Counted from the first letter of the stretch, positions 33,680 to 43,851 are shown. The stretch is 64,000 nucleotides of DNA from Pseudomonadales bacterium (GCA_032250895.1 JAVVEZ010000001.1:31831-95830), one strand, 5' to 3'. Translations and numbers: made by a program. The notes: generated by a model from the sequence alone, not told the origin.

Positions 33680-34993
33680 ATGTCTCTGTTGCAGGTCCGG
33701 CAACACATTCTCGAAGGTCCGATGCGGCCCTTGCAATGGCAGGTGGTCGCCATTGGCGTCCTGGTCAACATGCTCGATGGTTTCGACCTGCTGGCAGCTT
33801 CCCTGATTGCACCCATCATCACGCGCGAATGGGGTCTGCAACCGGAGGCGCTGGGCATGCTGCTCAGTGCCAGCCTGCTGGGCACTTCCATCGGCGCCTT
33901 CGTGCTGTCGCCGCTGGCCGATGTGCTGGGACGGCGCACCTCGATCATGCTCAATCTGGGCCTGATGGCGGTCGGCATGATGCTGTCCGCCAGGGCTGAA
34001 TCCATCTGGATGCTGACCGTTCTGCGCGTGCTGACCGGCATGGGTGTGGGCGCCATGGCCAGTGCAGTGGGTACCCTGGTGTTTGAATATTCTTCTAAAA
34101 ATACGCGCGAGCTGGGCCTGGGGCTGGTCACCATCGGCTACAACGTCGGCGTGGTGCTGGGAACCCTGTTTGCCGCCTGGTTCCTGGGCCGTTACAGCTG
34201 GCCGGCCATCTTTGTGCTGGGAGGCGTCCTGACCCTGCTGCTGATTCCAGTGGTGTATTTTCTGTTGCCGGAGTCCCTGGATTATCTGGTCGCCAGGCCG
34301 AAAGCGAATTCTCTGATGCAAATAAACAAGGTGCTCAAACGCCTGGCCATTCCGCTACTGACTACGATGCCGACACCGTCCGTACGGGCACAGCAGGGTG
34401 GCCTGATGGATCTGCTGCGCCAGCCGATTCTGCCGCGCACCCTGATGATGGGCCTGAGCTACTGCCTGTACATGATGTCATCCTATTTTTTCCTGAGCTG
34501 GGCCAACCAGCTGACCGTTGACGCCGGTTTTGCCGATGCCGTGGGCCTGTCGGTGTCCAGGCTCACCAATATCGGTGGCATTGCCGGTGGTATCATCATC
34601 GGCCTCATCTGCTACAAGATGGCCTTCCGTGCCATTTCCACGGCCATCCTGATTCTGATGGGCGTATTCATCATGATTTTTGGCAGGGTGGCTGGCAACA
34701 TCATGTTCGTGGAAGTCGTTTCCTTCCTGATCGGCTTTGGTATTTTCGGGGCGGCGGTCGTACTGTATTCCACCGCCGCCAAGACCTTTCCGGCACGGGT
34801 ACGGGCGACCGGTGTCGGTATCTCGATGGGCGCGGGGCGCTTTGGTGCCTTCGTCGGTCCCTTGATGGCAGGCTATCTGCTGGGTGCCGATCTGGGCCGG
34901 GCACTGACCTGTCTGATCATGGCGGTGCCGGTCATCATTGCGGCCTTTACCCTGCTGAGGGTTCCCCTGACCCCCATTGACGGCGAGGTCTGA
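33680..34993 (+). CDS. MFS transporter, aromatic acid/H+ symporter (AAHS, PcaK-like) family
   Basis: 437 aa, 12 TM helices. N-terminus LQWQVVAIGVLVNMLDGFDLLAASLIAPIITREWGL and motif A LADVLGRR. Confidence 0.85.
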   Translation: MSLLQVRQHILEGPMRPLQWQVVAIGVLVNMLDGFDLLAASLIAPIITREWGLQPEALGMLLSASLLGTSIGAFVLSPLADVLGRRTSIMLNLGLMAVGMMLSARAESIWMLTVLRVLTGMGVGAMASAVGTLVFEYSSKNTRELGLGLVTIGYNVGVVLGTLFAAWFLGRYSWPAIFVLGGVLTLLLIPVVYFLLPESLDYLVARPKANSLMQINKVLKRLAIPLLTTMPTPSVRAQQGGLMDLLRQPILPRTLMMGLSYCLYMMSSYFFLSWANQLTVDAGFADAVGLSVSRLTNIGGIAGGIIIGLICYKMAFRAISTAILILMGVFIMIFGRVAGNIMFVEVVSFLIGFGIFGAAVVLYSTAAKTFPARVRATGVGISMGAGRFGAFVGPLMAGYLLGADLGRALTCLIMAVPVIIAAFTLLRVPLTPIDGEV

Positions 34994-35064
34994 AGACGAT
35001 CGCCTGAGCCAACAACCTTTGCCCGACACTCAAGCCAGGACGGAACTATTCCGTAAATGATCCC

Positions 35065-36663
35065 GTGAATGATGCCGTAGATGATTCTCAGTGTGTCACC
35101 CGCAGTCTTCTGGAACGCAATGCCCGGCAGTGGCCACAGCTGAGCGTACTCAGGTTTGACAATGGCGAGGCCTTCACCTGTGCCGAACTGTTGCAGGCGG
35201 TGAAGAGCCGGGCTGCCGCCTTGCAGCAACTCGGCGTACAGCAGGGTGAGTATGTGTTGAGCTGGCTGCCCAACTGCCCGCTCGCGGTGCTGAATCTTCT
35301 GGCACTGAATTTCATTGGCGCCATCTATGTCCCGATCAATACCGCCTACAAGGCTTCCCTGTTGCAGCATGTGCTGCACAATGTCGGCGCCAGGCTGATG
35401 ATTGCCGATGGCCGGCTGCTGACACAGTTGGCCGGCGTGGATACCGGCAGCTTGCAAACTATCGTCGTGACGGGTCCGGAACGTCCTCAACTGCCGGGGA
35501 TCGAGTTGCTGCCCGACAGCGTGTTGCAGGCCGATCCGGCGACACTGCGCGAGCCGGTGCGGGCGATACAGGCCCGGGATACCCAGTGTGTGATCTTCAC
35601 CTCCGGGACCACCGGGCCCTCGAAAGGCGTGCTGTGTTCCTATCGGCATACTTACCGGGCGGCCTGTGAATTTCGGCATGTCGGCCCCGGTGACTGCAAT
35701 CTGGTGGCCCTGCCGATGTTTCACATGGGCGGCGTGCTGGGCATCAACTTTGCGTTGATTCATGGGGGCACGGCGGCAATCGTGGAACGTTTCCGTACGG
35801 CCAGTTTCTGGGAGACCGTCGCCAGGCTGGAGGTGAGCGCCGTGGGTTTGCTGGGCACCATGGTACAGTTTCTGGTGCAGCAGCCATTACGGGAACATGA
35901 AAAACAGCACAGTATCAGAACTGCCGTGATTGCTCCTTTCGGTGACGAGGCCTTGTTATTCGCCGAACGCTTTGCCGTGGATGTGTTTACCGAATTCAAT
36001 ATGACGGAGCTTTCGGTACCCCTGTGGTGCGGTCCCAATCCGACGCTGCGTGGGACCTGCGGCAAACCGCGGGCAGGGGTGGAGCTGCGTCTGGTCGATA
36101 CCGGAGGCCGGGAGGTGGCGGTCGGCAGCGTGGGGGAACTGATATTGCGCACGCAGGATCCCTTTGAACTCAGCCATGGTTATCTGAACGATCCGCAAGC
36201 CACTGCGCGCAGCTGGCGCGAGGGCTGGTTTCATACCGGTGATCTGTTTTATCGTGATGCAGATGACAATTATTTCTTCGTCGATCGCGCCAGGGACATG
36301 ATGCGTCGCCGCGGTGAGAACATCAGCTCCTTTGAAGTGGAAGCGGAACTGTTGCAGTTCCCGGGGGTCAAGGCAGCGGCTGCGCTTGGCGTACCCGGTG
36401 ATGGCGGCGAGGACGAGGTGCTGGCGGTCTTGTCTCCGCTGGCCGGGGCACGGCTCGACCCGGGGGCACTGATTGCTTTTCTGCAGCCACGCCTGGCCAA
36501 TTTCATGATTCCACGCTATGTGCGCATCATCGCGGAACTGCCGCTGACGCCGACTCAGAAGATCGAGAAGCACGTGTTGCGCGCGCAAGGGATTACTGAC
36601 GACACCTGGGACCGCGAAGCGGCCGGCATCCAATTGCCAAGACTGGATTTGTCCAATAGATAA
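35065..36663 (+). CDS. ATP-dependent acyl-CoA ligase (adenylate-forming family, CaiC-like)
   Basis: 532 aa, GTG start. AMP-binding motif IFTSGTTGPSKGV, then GWFHTGDLFYRDADDNYFFVDRARD and the C-terminal Lys region PLTPTQKIEKH. Confidence 0.88.
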   Translation: MNDAVDDSQCVTRSLLERNARQWPQLSVLRFDNGEAFTCAELLQAVKSRAAALQQLGVQQGEYVLSWLPNCPLAVLNLLALNFIGAIYVPINTAYKASLLQHVLHNVGARLMIADGRLLTQLAGVDTGSLQTIVVTGPERPQLPGIELLPDSVLQADPATLREPVRAIQARDTQCVIFTSGTTGPSKGVLCSYRHTYRAACEFRHVGPGDCNLVALPMFHMGGVLGINFALIHGGTAAIVERFRTASFWETVARLEVSAVGLLGTMVQFLVQQPLREHEKQHSIRTAVIAPFGDEALLFAERFAVDVFTEFNMTELSVPLWCGPNPTLRGTCGKPRAGVELRLVDTGGREVAVGSVGELILRTQDPFELSHGYLNDPQATARSWREGWFHTGDLFYRDADDNYFFVDRARDMMRRRGENISSFEVEAELLQFPGVKAAAALGVPGDGGEDEVLAVLSPLAGARLDPGALIAFLQPRLANFMIPRYVRIIAELPLTPTQKIEKHVLRAQGITDDTWDREAAGIQLPRLDLSNR

Positions 36664-36673
36664 GGGCTCACAA

Positions 36674-37759
36674 TTGGCACAGATGAAAACCACCGGCCCC
36701 CTGCGTGGCCTGAAAGTTCTCGAATTCGCCGGCCTCGGCCCGGCACCGTTTTGCGGCATGCTGTTGGCGGACATGGGCGCCGATGTCATACGTATCGATC
36801 GCCCTGAAAGCCGTTATGAGGCCGCCGATGTGGAGGCGCGCGGACGGACGTCCGTTCGCCTTGATCTCAAAGATCCGGAGCAGAAGCAGCAGGCCATGGC
36901 ACTCGTCAGCAGGGCCGATATCCTGATCGAGGGTTTCCGTCCCGGTGTTATGGAGCGCCTGGGCCTGGGGCCTGAGACTGCACTGGCACTGAATCCGAAA
37001 CTGGTCTATGGCCGCATGACCGGTTGGGGGCAGACCGGGCCGCTGTCCGGCAAAGCCGGACATGATCTGAATTATCTGGCACTCACCGGTGCGCTGCATG
37101 CGATCGGCAGCAGGGAAAAACCGGCGATTCCGCTCAATCTCATCGCCGACTTTGGCGGTGGTGCCCTCTATTTGGCCATGGGCGTATTGGCTGCGCTGCA
37201 CCATGCCAGGCAAAACGGCCAGGGCCAGGTGGTCGATTGCGCAATGACGGAAGGGGTCATCTCCATGCTGGGCATGATCTATGGCGATTTCGCGGCAGCA
37301 CGCTGGCACGATCAGCGCGAGAGCAATGTCATCGATGGCGCGGCGCCTTTCTACAATGTGTATCCGTGCCGCGACGACAGGTGGCTCAGTGTCGCCTGTA
37401 TCGAAGCACCGTTTTATCAGGCCTTTCTGCAGGCGGCGGGAATCAGCGATGAGCTGTTTCGTGAGCAGTGGAATGAAAGCCTGTGGCCGGCGCAGAAGCA
37501 GGTTCTGGAAATCCTGTTCCGGAGCCGCAGCAGGGATGAATGGTGTGCCGTGTTTGCAGAATATGACGCCTGTGTAACGCCGGTGCTGAGTCTGACGGAA
37601 GCACCCCAGCATCCGCACAACCAGGCGCGCCAGAGTTTCATCAGCGCTGCCGGCATCACCCAGCCGGCACCGGCTCCCAGGTTCAGTGCAACGGCGAGTG
37701 CGGTCCAGACCGAGACCAGAGAGCTGTCGGTGCAGGCGCTCATCGATTCATGGCAATAG
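36674..37759 (+). CDS. Family III CoA-transferase (CaiB/BaiF family, alpha-methylacyl-CoA racemase-like)
   Basis: 361 aa. Has GPLRGLKVLEFAGLGPAPFCGMLLADMGADVIRIDRP, and GHDLNYLALTG carrying the catalytic Asp. Only 10 nt after the ligase stop. The start may be ATG 36683. Confidence 0.88.
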   Translation: MAQMKTTGPLRGLKVLEFAGLGPAPFCGMLLADMGADVIRIDRPESRYEAADVEARGRTSVRLDLKDPEQKQQAMALVSRADILIEGFRPGVMERLGLGPETALALNPKLVYGRMTGWGQTGPLSGKAGHDLNYLALTGALHAIGSREKPAIPLNLIADFGGGALYLAMGVLAALHHARQNGQGQVVDCAMTEGVISMLGMIYGDFAAARWHDQRESNVIDGAAPFYNVYPCRDDRWLSVACIEAPFYQAFLQAAGISDELFREQWNESLWPAQKQVLEILFRSRSRDEWCAVFAEYDACVTPVLSLTEAPQHPHNQARQSFISAAGITQPAPAPRFSATASAVQTETRELSVQALIDSWQ

Positions 37760-37832
37760 GGCCCTGGCATCAAAAAACGCTTTTCTGCAAGGGAACTGCG
37801 CAGGAATGGCGGTTGAGAACAGTCCTTGAAAG

Positions 37833-38714
37833 CTATTTTTTTTGCTGTAAACGTGTGCCCTTGGCATCACGCACCACGTAGCCGCCACCGGGGTCGGCAA
37901 AATGACTGCCGATGATGTAGGTGTCCGTGTTGACCACGTCGGCAACAAATTTGCTGCGGGTCTGGCAGGCGACCTCGGGCAGCATATCGAAGCGAACCCT
38001 GTCTTCCGGCAGCGCCAGTTGGATGGGATGGTGCAGCATGTCGCCGGTCATCACGGCGCGTTCACCCCGGGATTCGATGATGACGCTGACATGGCCCGGG
38101 GTATGGCCGGGGCTGGGCATCAGGCTCAGTTCCGGGCAGACCTTGTGTTCAGGCTCGATCAGGTCCACCAGCCCGGCATCGACCACCGGCTGCACGGAAT
38201 CGTACATATGGTTGAGGTCGTGATAGCCCTTGGTTTCCTTCAGCATCATCCAGTGCTCGTATTCCTGGCGGCCGAACAGATAACGCGCATTGGGAAAGGT
38301 CGGCACCCACTGACCTGCGACCCGATGGGTGTTCCAGCCCACGTGATCGAAGTGCAGATGCGTACACAGCACCGTATCGATGGATTCGGGTGTGAAACCG
38401 GCATGCGCCAGGTCTTCCATGAAACTGGTATGCATGTTGGTAAACACCGGAAACTCGCGTTCGCGATCATTGCCGATACAGGTATCGAGCATGATCCGGC
38501 GATCCCTGGTGCGCATTACGAAGCACTGGAAGGAGATGATCATCCTGCCGTCCTGGGTGGCCCAATGGGGTTGCAGCCAGGGATAACTCAGCACCGTTTC
38601 GGGTGTGGCATCTGCGAGCAGCATGCTGATGTCGTCTTCCCAGTTGTTGACTTCGACGATGCGGGTGATTTCGACATCGCCGATCTGCCAGGTTTTCATG
38701 GTTTCTATTGCCAT
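37833..38714 (-). CDS. MBL-fold metallo-hydrolase (lactonase-like)
   Basis: 293 aa. HxHxDH motif (CTHLHFDHVGWN), a later GHTPGH and a distal His. Confidence 0.85.
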   Translation of the reverse strand: MAIETMKTWQIGDVEITRIVEVNNWEDDISMLLADATPETVLSYPWLQPHWATQDGRMIISFQCFVMRTRDRRIMLDTCIGNDREREFPVFTNMHTSFMEDLAHAGFTPESIDTVLCTHLHFDHVGWNTHRVAGQWVPTFPNARYLFGRQEYEHWMMLKETKGYHDLNHMYDSVQPVVDAGLVDLIEPEHKVCPELSLMPSPGHTPGHVSVIIESRGERAVMTGDMLHHPIQLALPEDRVRFDMLPEVACQTRSKFVADVVNTDTYIIGSHFADPGGGYVVRDAKGTRLQQKK

Positions 38715-38763
38715 GTGTCATTCTCCTTTGTCACGACCGTAATGATTCAAGGAAGCGCCGCAT

Positions 38764-40410
38764 TCAACGCAATTCGCTCAGTGCTGCCGGTGCCGGCAGG
38801 GAAAGTATCATATCGGCGGCCTTTTCCGCGATGGCGACCACACTGGCATTGGTATTGCCACCGACCAGGCGTGGATAGATGGACGCATCCGCCACGCGCA
38901 GGCCTTCGATGCCATGTACCTTCAGTTCGTGATCGACTACCGCATCCGCGCCGCTGCCCATGCGGCAGGTGCCGCCGGGGTGATGCACAGTGGCCAGGGT
39001 GTCGCGCACATAGGCTTGCAGTGCGGCATCAGAGCTGATTGTTGCACCGGGCAGGCGTTCGTGAGCCTGGTAGGCCCTGAAGCCATCCTGTGCGCAGATC
39101 CTGCGCGCCAGTTTCAGGCCGCGCACCAAGGTGTCGATGTCGGTCTGGGCGCTGCCCAGTGCCGGGTCGATCAGCGGTGCAGACAGTGGATCGCTGCTGC
39201 TGATACTCACCGTACCCCGGCTTTCCGGGTACAGACAGACCAGGCTGATGGCAAAACCATGCCCCAGCGGCAGCGGAAAGGCTCTGGTATTGCGGCGCGC
39301 CGGCTGGAATACCACCTGCATGTCGGGACGGTCCAGGCCCGGCATGGAACGGATGTAGGCATTGGTTTCAAACAGATTGCTGCTCAGAGGGCCGCGTCGC
39401 GCCAGCAGGTATTCGAACCCGTTATAAATGTTGCGCAGACTGGCCTTCCAGGACAGCCCGTAGGACGTGCTGTCACGCATGTCCATGGCCACATAGGTGG
39501 CGGGATGATCGGCAAGGTGCTTGCCCACACCCGGCAGATGATGCACCGGTTTGATGCCGGCATTGTCGAGTTGCTTGCGGTCGCCGATACCGGAATGCAG
39601 CAGGATGTGGGGTGAATGGAAGGCCCCGGCGCTGAGAATGATTTCACGTCTGGCAGCAAGTGTCAGGCGGGTACTTTGTGTCTGCACTTCCACGGCATTG
39701 GCACGGCCGTTTTCCACCAGGATGCGGCGTGCCTGGGTAGTCGTCATCACGTGGAGGTTGGGGCGATCCAGCACCGGACGCAGATAGGCAGAGGCCGTGG
39801 AGACCCGGCGACCCCGGCTGATGGTGCCCTGGCGATAACCGTAACCTTCCGGTTCCGCCGTGTTGAAATCCTGGCAATGGGGAAAGCCCAGCGCCTGCAT
39901 GCCCGCATTGAAGGCTTCACAGAGTCTGTTGGTGCGCTGCATGAAGCTCACGCTCATGGGCCCGCCCTGATGGTGATACGGTGAGTGTGGATAATCCGGG
40001 TTGTGCTCCGAACGCAGAAAGTAGGGCAGCAATTCGGCATAGCTCCAGCCCTTGTTGCCCTGCGCCGCCCAGTCATCAAAATCGCGGGCATTGCCACGGT
40101 AATAGGCCATGCCATTGATGGACCCTGTGCCGCCCAGCACCCTGCCGCGCGGCAGGGGAATCTGACGCTGGCCCAGTGCCGGCTGCGGCGTGCTCACCAG
40201 ACCCCAGCCAAAGCGCTCGCTCATGATGGCGGCGCCGACGGCGGCGGGGATATTGATATAGGGATGCTGCTCCGATGCGCCGGCCTCGATCAGGCAGACC
40301 TGGATATCGGGCTGCCCGGAAAGCCGTGCCGCGAGCACACAACCGGCAGTACCGGCGCCAATGACGATGTAATCGTAGGTCGTGATGTGCTGCTGTCGTG
40401 CCGGGCTCAT
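38764..40410 (-). CDS. GMC-family FAD oxidoreductase (choline/alcohol dehydrogenase-like), copy 1
   Basis: 548 aa. Contains DYIVIGAGTAGCVLAARLS, LPRGRVLGGTGSINGM and VHHPGGTCRMG. Confidence 0.92.
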   Translation of the reverse strand: MSPARQQHITTYDYIVIGAGTAGCVLAARLSGQPDIQVCLIEAGASEQHPYINIPAAVGAAIMSERFGWGLVSTPQPALGQRQIPLPRGRVLGGTGSINGMAYYRGNARDFDDWAAQGNKGWSYAELLPYFLRSEHNPDYPHSPYHHQGGPMSVSFMQRTNRLCEAFNAGMQALGFPHCQDFNTAEPEGYGYRQGTISRGRRVSTASAYLRPVLDRPNLHVMTTTQARRILVENGRANAVEVQTQSTRLTLAARREIILSAGAFHSPHILLHSGIGDRKQLDNAGIKPVHHLPGVGKHLADHPATYVAMDMRDSTSYGLSWKASLRNIYNGFEYLLARRGPLSSNLFETNAYIRSMPGLDRPDMQVVFQPARRNTRAFPLPLGHGFAISLVCLYPESRGTVSISSSDPLSAPLIDPALGSAQTDIDTLVRGLKLARRICAQDGFRAYQAHERLPGATISSDAALQAYVRDTLATVHHPGGTCRMGSGADAVVDHELKVHGIEGLRVADASIYPRLVGGNTNASVVAIAEKAADMILSLPAPAALSELR

Positions 40411-40561
40411 ACAGTAAAGTATCGCGAATGGGGGACGGTCGAAGACCGGTTATGGATAGATAAGCTAGCAGGTAAAACCGCCCGGTGGAAGGTAGTCCGT
40501 AAAAGTTGCTCTATAAAAACAATCCCGCTATCTTTGGGCGCTCAGAACCCGAGGATGCCCG

Positions 40562-41752
40562 ATGGAATTCAACGAAATCATTACTGCGCACGGCGCCAGC
40601 CATACCTTGCAGGGCCATTTTGAACCAGAATACCGCCCGGTGGTGGAGGCCTTTATCGAAAACTTCAAACAGGAGGATGAAGTCGGGGCGGCGGTCAGCA
40701 TCATGTTGCAGGGCAAGACGGTGGTGGATCTCTACGGCGGTTGGCGCAATGCCGCCATGAGCACAGTCTGGGATGCCTCCACACTGGTGTGCATGATGTC
40801 GGTGGCGAAGGGCATCACGGCGATCTGCTTCAACATGCTGATCGATCGTGCTTTGGTGCATCCGGATGACCCGGTCATCAAGTACTGGCCGGAATATGGC
40901 CACAATGGCAAGGAAAAGACCCTGATTCGGCACTTCCTCGATCACACCGCTGCGGTACCGGTGCTGACCACCAACAAACTCTGGCCGGGCGCCATGTTTG
41001 ATCGCGAGGCCATCATTCATGCGCTGGAAGAACAGGAGCCGCTGTGGGAAATTGGCACCCAGGCCGCCTATCATGTGCATCACCAGGGCTTCCTGCTGGG
41101 AGAAATCATGCGCCGCATCACCGGCATGACCGTGGGCCCCTTTTTGCGCCAGGAAGTGGCCGGCCCCCTGCGAGCCGAGTACTACATTGGCAACATGAGT
41201 GCTGCCGAGCAGGCGCTGGTGGCGGAAGTGATGCCAAACATGAACGCGCGCCTGTTCGCCGCCAAGGATCATGAGGAAGACAGTTCATTGCGGGCACTGG
41301 CCTTCAAACAGAATCCGGATGAAGCCTGGGCCACCACGATGAACAGCCGGATCTGGCGCGAGGCCGAAATTGCCAGTGGCAACGGTCATGGCAATGCCCG
41401 TGGCGTGGCGCGCATCTATGGTGCCCTGGGCAATGGCGGCGAACTCGATGGTGTGCGGCTGATGAGCAAGGCAGGCATCGAAGCCATGATCACCGAGCAG
41501 CACAATCAAATGGAATTGTTGCAGGACCGTCCCTACCACCAGGCCCTGGGCATTCTGCTCAATACTCCGGAAGCGGTGTATATGGGACCCAACAGGCGCA
41601 GTTTCGGTCATCATGGCATCGGCGGCTCCATTGGTTTCTGTGATCCCGATGCCGGCATTGGTTTTTCCTATGCCTGCAACAAGATGCATGCGGTGGGCAC
41701 CAACGGTCCACGTGCGGCAAGGCTGATCGATGCCCTGTACCGTTGTGGCTAA
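40562..41752 (+). CDS. Beta-lactamase-fold serine hydrolase (EstB/class C-like esterase), copy 1
   Basis: 396 aa. SxxK nucleophile motif (MSVAKGITA). No signal peptide. Divergent from GMC copy 1. Confidence 0.8.
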   Translation: MEFNEIITAHGASHTLQGHFEPEYRPVVEAFIENFKQEDEVGAAVSIMLQGKTVVDLYGGWRNAAMSTVWDASTLVCMMSVAKGITAICFNMLIDRALVHPDDPVIKYWPEYGHNGKEKTLIRHFLDHTAAVPVLTTNKLWPGAMFDREAIIHALEEQEPLWEIGTQAAYHVHHQGFLLGEIMRRITGMTVGPFLRQEVAGPLRAEYYIGNMSAAEQALVAEVMPNMNARLFAAKDHEEDSSLRALAFKQNPDEAWATTMNSRIWREAEIASGNGHGNARGVARIYGALGNGGELDGVRLMSKAGIEAMITEQHNQMELLQDRPYHQALGILLNTPEAVYMGPNRRSFGHHGIGGSIGFCDPDAGIGFSYACNKMHAVGTNGPRAARLIDALYRCG

Positions 41753-41869
41753 ACCGGACTTCGAAAGTTCGGGAGCCCACAGACCGGCGCATCCTAGACA
41801 GGGCACTGGACAAAAGCGTCATTGCTCGGCAGACTGCATTCTGATTTCATAACATCAATGGAGGGTCCG

Positions 41870-42490
41870 ATGACTGCAATGGCACAAAAAATAACGCATG
41901 ATCCCAATTTCAAGGTGAAGACCCAGGGTCTGCATCACGCCGCTTATCTTACCAAAGACATGGACGCGACCGTCCAGTTTTATAACAAGGTGCTCGATAT
42001 GCCACTGGTGGTGACCCTGGCGCTGCCGTCGCCGGACCCCTTTGCTGGCCAGATCAAGGTGCGCGGTGATGTCGCTGGCACCCGCCACTATTTCTTCGAT
42101 TGTGGTCAAGGCGCCTGCCTGGCGTTTTTTTCATGGAACGAAACCTTCGGTGATACCAGCGCGGAGCTCGGTGTGATGCACCATGTATCGCTCAATATAG
42201 GCTCCGAGGAGGAGCTTTATGCGATGAAGGCCAAACTGGAAGCCAATGATATTGAAGTGTCGAATGTGATAGACCATTTTTTCTGCAAGTCGATCTATTT
42301 TCGTGATCCCAATGGCCTGTATCTTGAATATTCAGTCACGACGCTCGAATATACCGAAAATACGCCTTTCCTCGAAGATCCCAATCCGGTCAGGGAGGCG
42401 GTGAAGGTACTGGGCGACAAGATGGAGAAATACAAGACAAAATTCCGTGAAGGCCATGATTTCGTCGACGCGGGCAACAAGAAGCAGTAA
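41870..42490 (+). CDS. VOC-family (glyoxalase/bleomycin-resistance/dioxygenase) protein
   Basis: ATG 41870 is preceded by GGAGG (ORF 41822-42490). Has GLHHAAYLTKDMDATVQFYNKVLDM and a second module with HHVSLNIGSEEEL. Confidence 0.75.
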   Translation: MTAMAQKITHDPNFKVKTQGLHHAAYLTKDMDATVQFYNKVLDMPLVVTLALPSPDPFAGQIKVRGDVAGTRHYFFDCGQGACLAFFSWNETFGDTSAELGVMHHVSLNIGSEEELYAMKAKLEANDIEVSNVIDHFFCKSIYFRDPNGLYLEYSVTTLEYTENTPFLEDPNPVREAVKVLGDKMEKYKTKFREGHDFVDAGNKKQ

Positions 42491-42501
42491 GCAAGCACCG
42501 G

Positions 42502-42546
42502 CACGCGGGTCGAGCACGACGTCGACCCGCGTGTTCCTTTTTCTTC
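42502..42546 (+). terminator. Rho-independent terminator (CACGCGGGTCGA-N8-TCGACCCGCGTG followed by a T-rich run)
   Basis: Perfect 12-bp GC-rich stem read from the sequence, 12 nt after the VOC stop. Confidence 0.8.
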
Positions 42547-42602
42547 TGGATTTAAACTCTGACATCCTTGTAAAAAAACAATTATATTGGAGGAATTACA
42601 CG

Positions 42603-43769
42603 ATGAACGGTCTCAAAGCCAGCCTTCATGTCATCCTCGCGGCAGCCACTATGTTCTCTATTACGGTGGAGGCACAGCCGCCGGTTTTTGTCCAGCCGCA
42701 AGCCCTGTCACAAGAAGGCCGTTTCATGCCGGGCTCGGGCAATGAAGCCATTGTGAGAACCCGCTATACCGTCAAGGCGGATGGCACCACGGACGACATT
42801 GAGATTCTTGGTGGTTTTAGCAATCAGTCCCTGGACAACACGCTGCGTCAGACCATACGCAATTGGACCTTTACCCCGGGCACCGTCAATGGTGAAGCAG
42901 CAGATTTTTACAACCAGGAATATACCTTCAGCATTCGTGTCAATCCGAATGCCCCCGCAGTACCCGCATTGCCGCCCGGAGGCAGACGACGTGGCGCGCC
43001 GCCTGCCCAAAATACGGCTGCTGGAGAAAACGCCGAGGCTTCTCCTTCCTCTCAGATCCTGGACTTGAGCAAGGTCCCAGCTCCCGAGCTGGCGCTGTCA
43101 TCCGGTGTCAGGGAAGAATTTGACAAGATCACTGCCATGGTTGCCGAGAAAGACCATGACAAGGCATTGAAGGCAGTAGACAAACTGATACGCAGGGAAC
43201 TGCACAGCGTCTTTGATTACTGCCTGGCCCAGGAGATGAAATCAAGCATTCTGATGGCAATGGAGAAGCCTTTTGAAGCCCTGGAGGCCAGTAAACTGGC
43301 GACCGTGGGTGCCGAGAATGCCCAGGGTGGATTCGACCATTTCCTGACGCCGGATATTCTCGAGGATGCCCTGCGCAAGAAGTTCCTGCTGGCCGCCACG
43401 CTCAGGCAAGCAGCGCTTGCCTGGGAAACCTATGAATTGCTCCAGAGCCGGTTTTCCCTGGCACCGGATGACAAGATTCATGAGCAGGCCAGAACTATCC
43501 GGTCCCTGCTGGACTCTCCCGAGCCACTGCCGCTGCTCGCGAAAATCGACGATGACAAGTGGACCTACACACCCGTCCGGCGCATCTTCACCGTGACCAA
43601 TGTCGATGGCAGGCTCAGCCGCATCGATGCCCGCTGTGAACGCAAGAACCTGCAACTGGAGTATCAGGCGGATGTGGACTGGACCCTGCCAGAAGCTCTG
43701 GGTCGCTGCCAGTTGGATTTCGTGGGCAAGAACGGCACGCAGTTTACGGTGTATGAATTTACCGAATGA
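42603..43769 (+). CDS. Secreted protein with an N-terminal TonB_C-like domain, a Pro-rich linker and a helical plus beta C-terminal region. Function unknown.
   Basis: ATG 42603 (MNGLKASLHVILAAATMFSITVEA|QPP signal peptide). TonB_C-like block: TVKADGTTDDIEILGGFSNQSLDNTLRQTIRNWTFTPGTVNG. Linker: PNAPAVPALPPGGRRRGAPPAQ. Confidence 0.5.
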   Translation: MNGLKASLHVILAAATMFSITVEAQPPVFVQPQALSQEGRFMPGSGNEAIVRTRYTVKADGTTDDIEILGGFSNQSLDNTLRQTIRNWTFTPGTVNGEAADFYNQEYTFSIRVNPNAPAVPALPPGGRRRGAPPAQNTAAGENAEASPSSQILDLSKVPAPELALSSGVREEFDKITAMVAEKDHDKALKAVDKLIRRELHSVFDYCLAQEMKSSILMAMEKPFEALEASKLATVGAENAQGGFDHFLTPDILEDALRKKFLLAATLRQAALAWETYELLQSRFSLAPDDKIHEQARTIRSLLDSPEPLPLLAKIDDDKWTYTPVRRIFTVTNVDGRLSRIDARCERKNLQLEYQADVDWTLPEALGRCQLDFVGKNGTQFTVYEFTE

Positions 43770-43851
43770 AGTCGGTACCTGAAAAACGCACGTAGCGGGC
43801 TATCACCGTGAAAAAAATCTCGAACGCCGCCGCGTGTTCGCGGCAAAGTGG

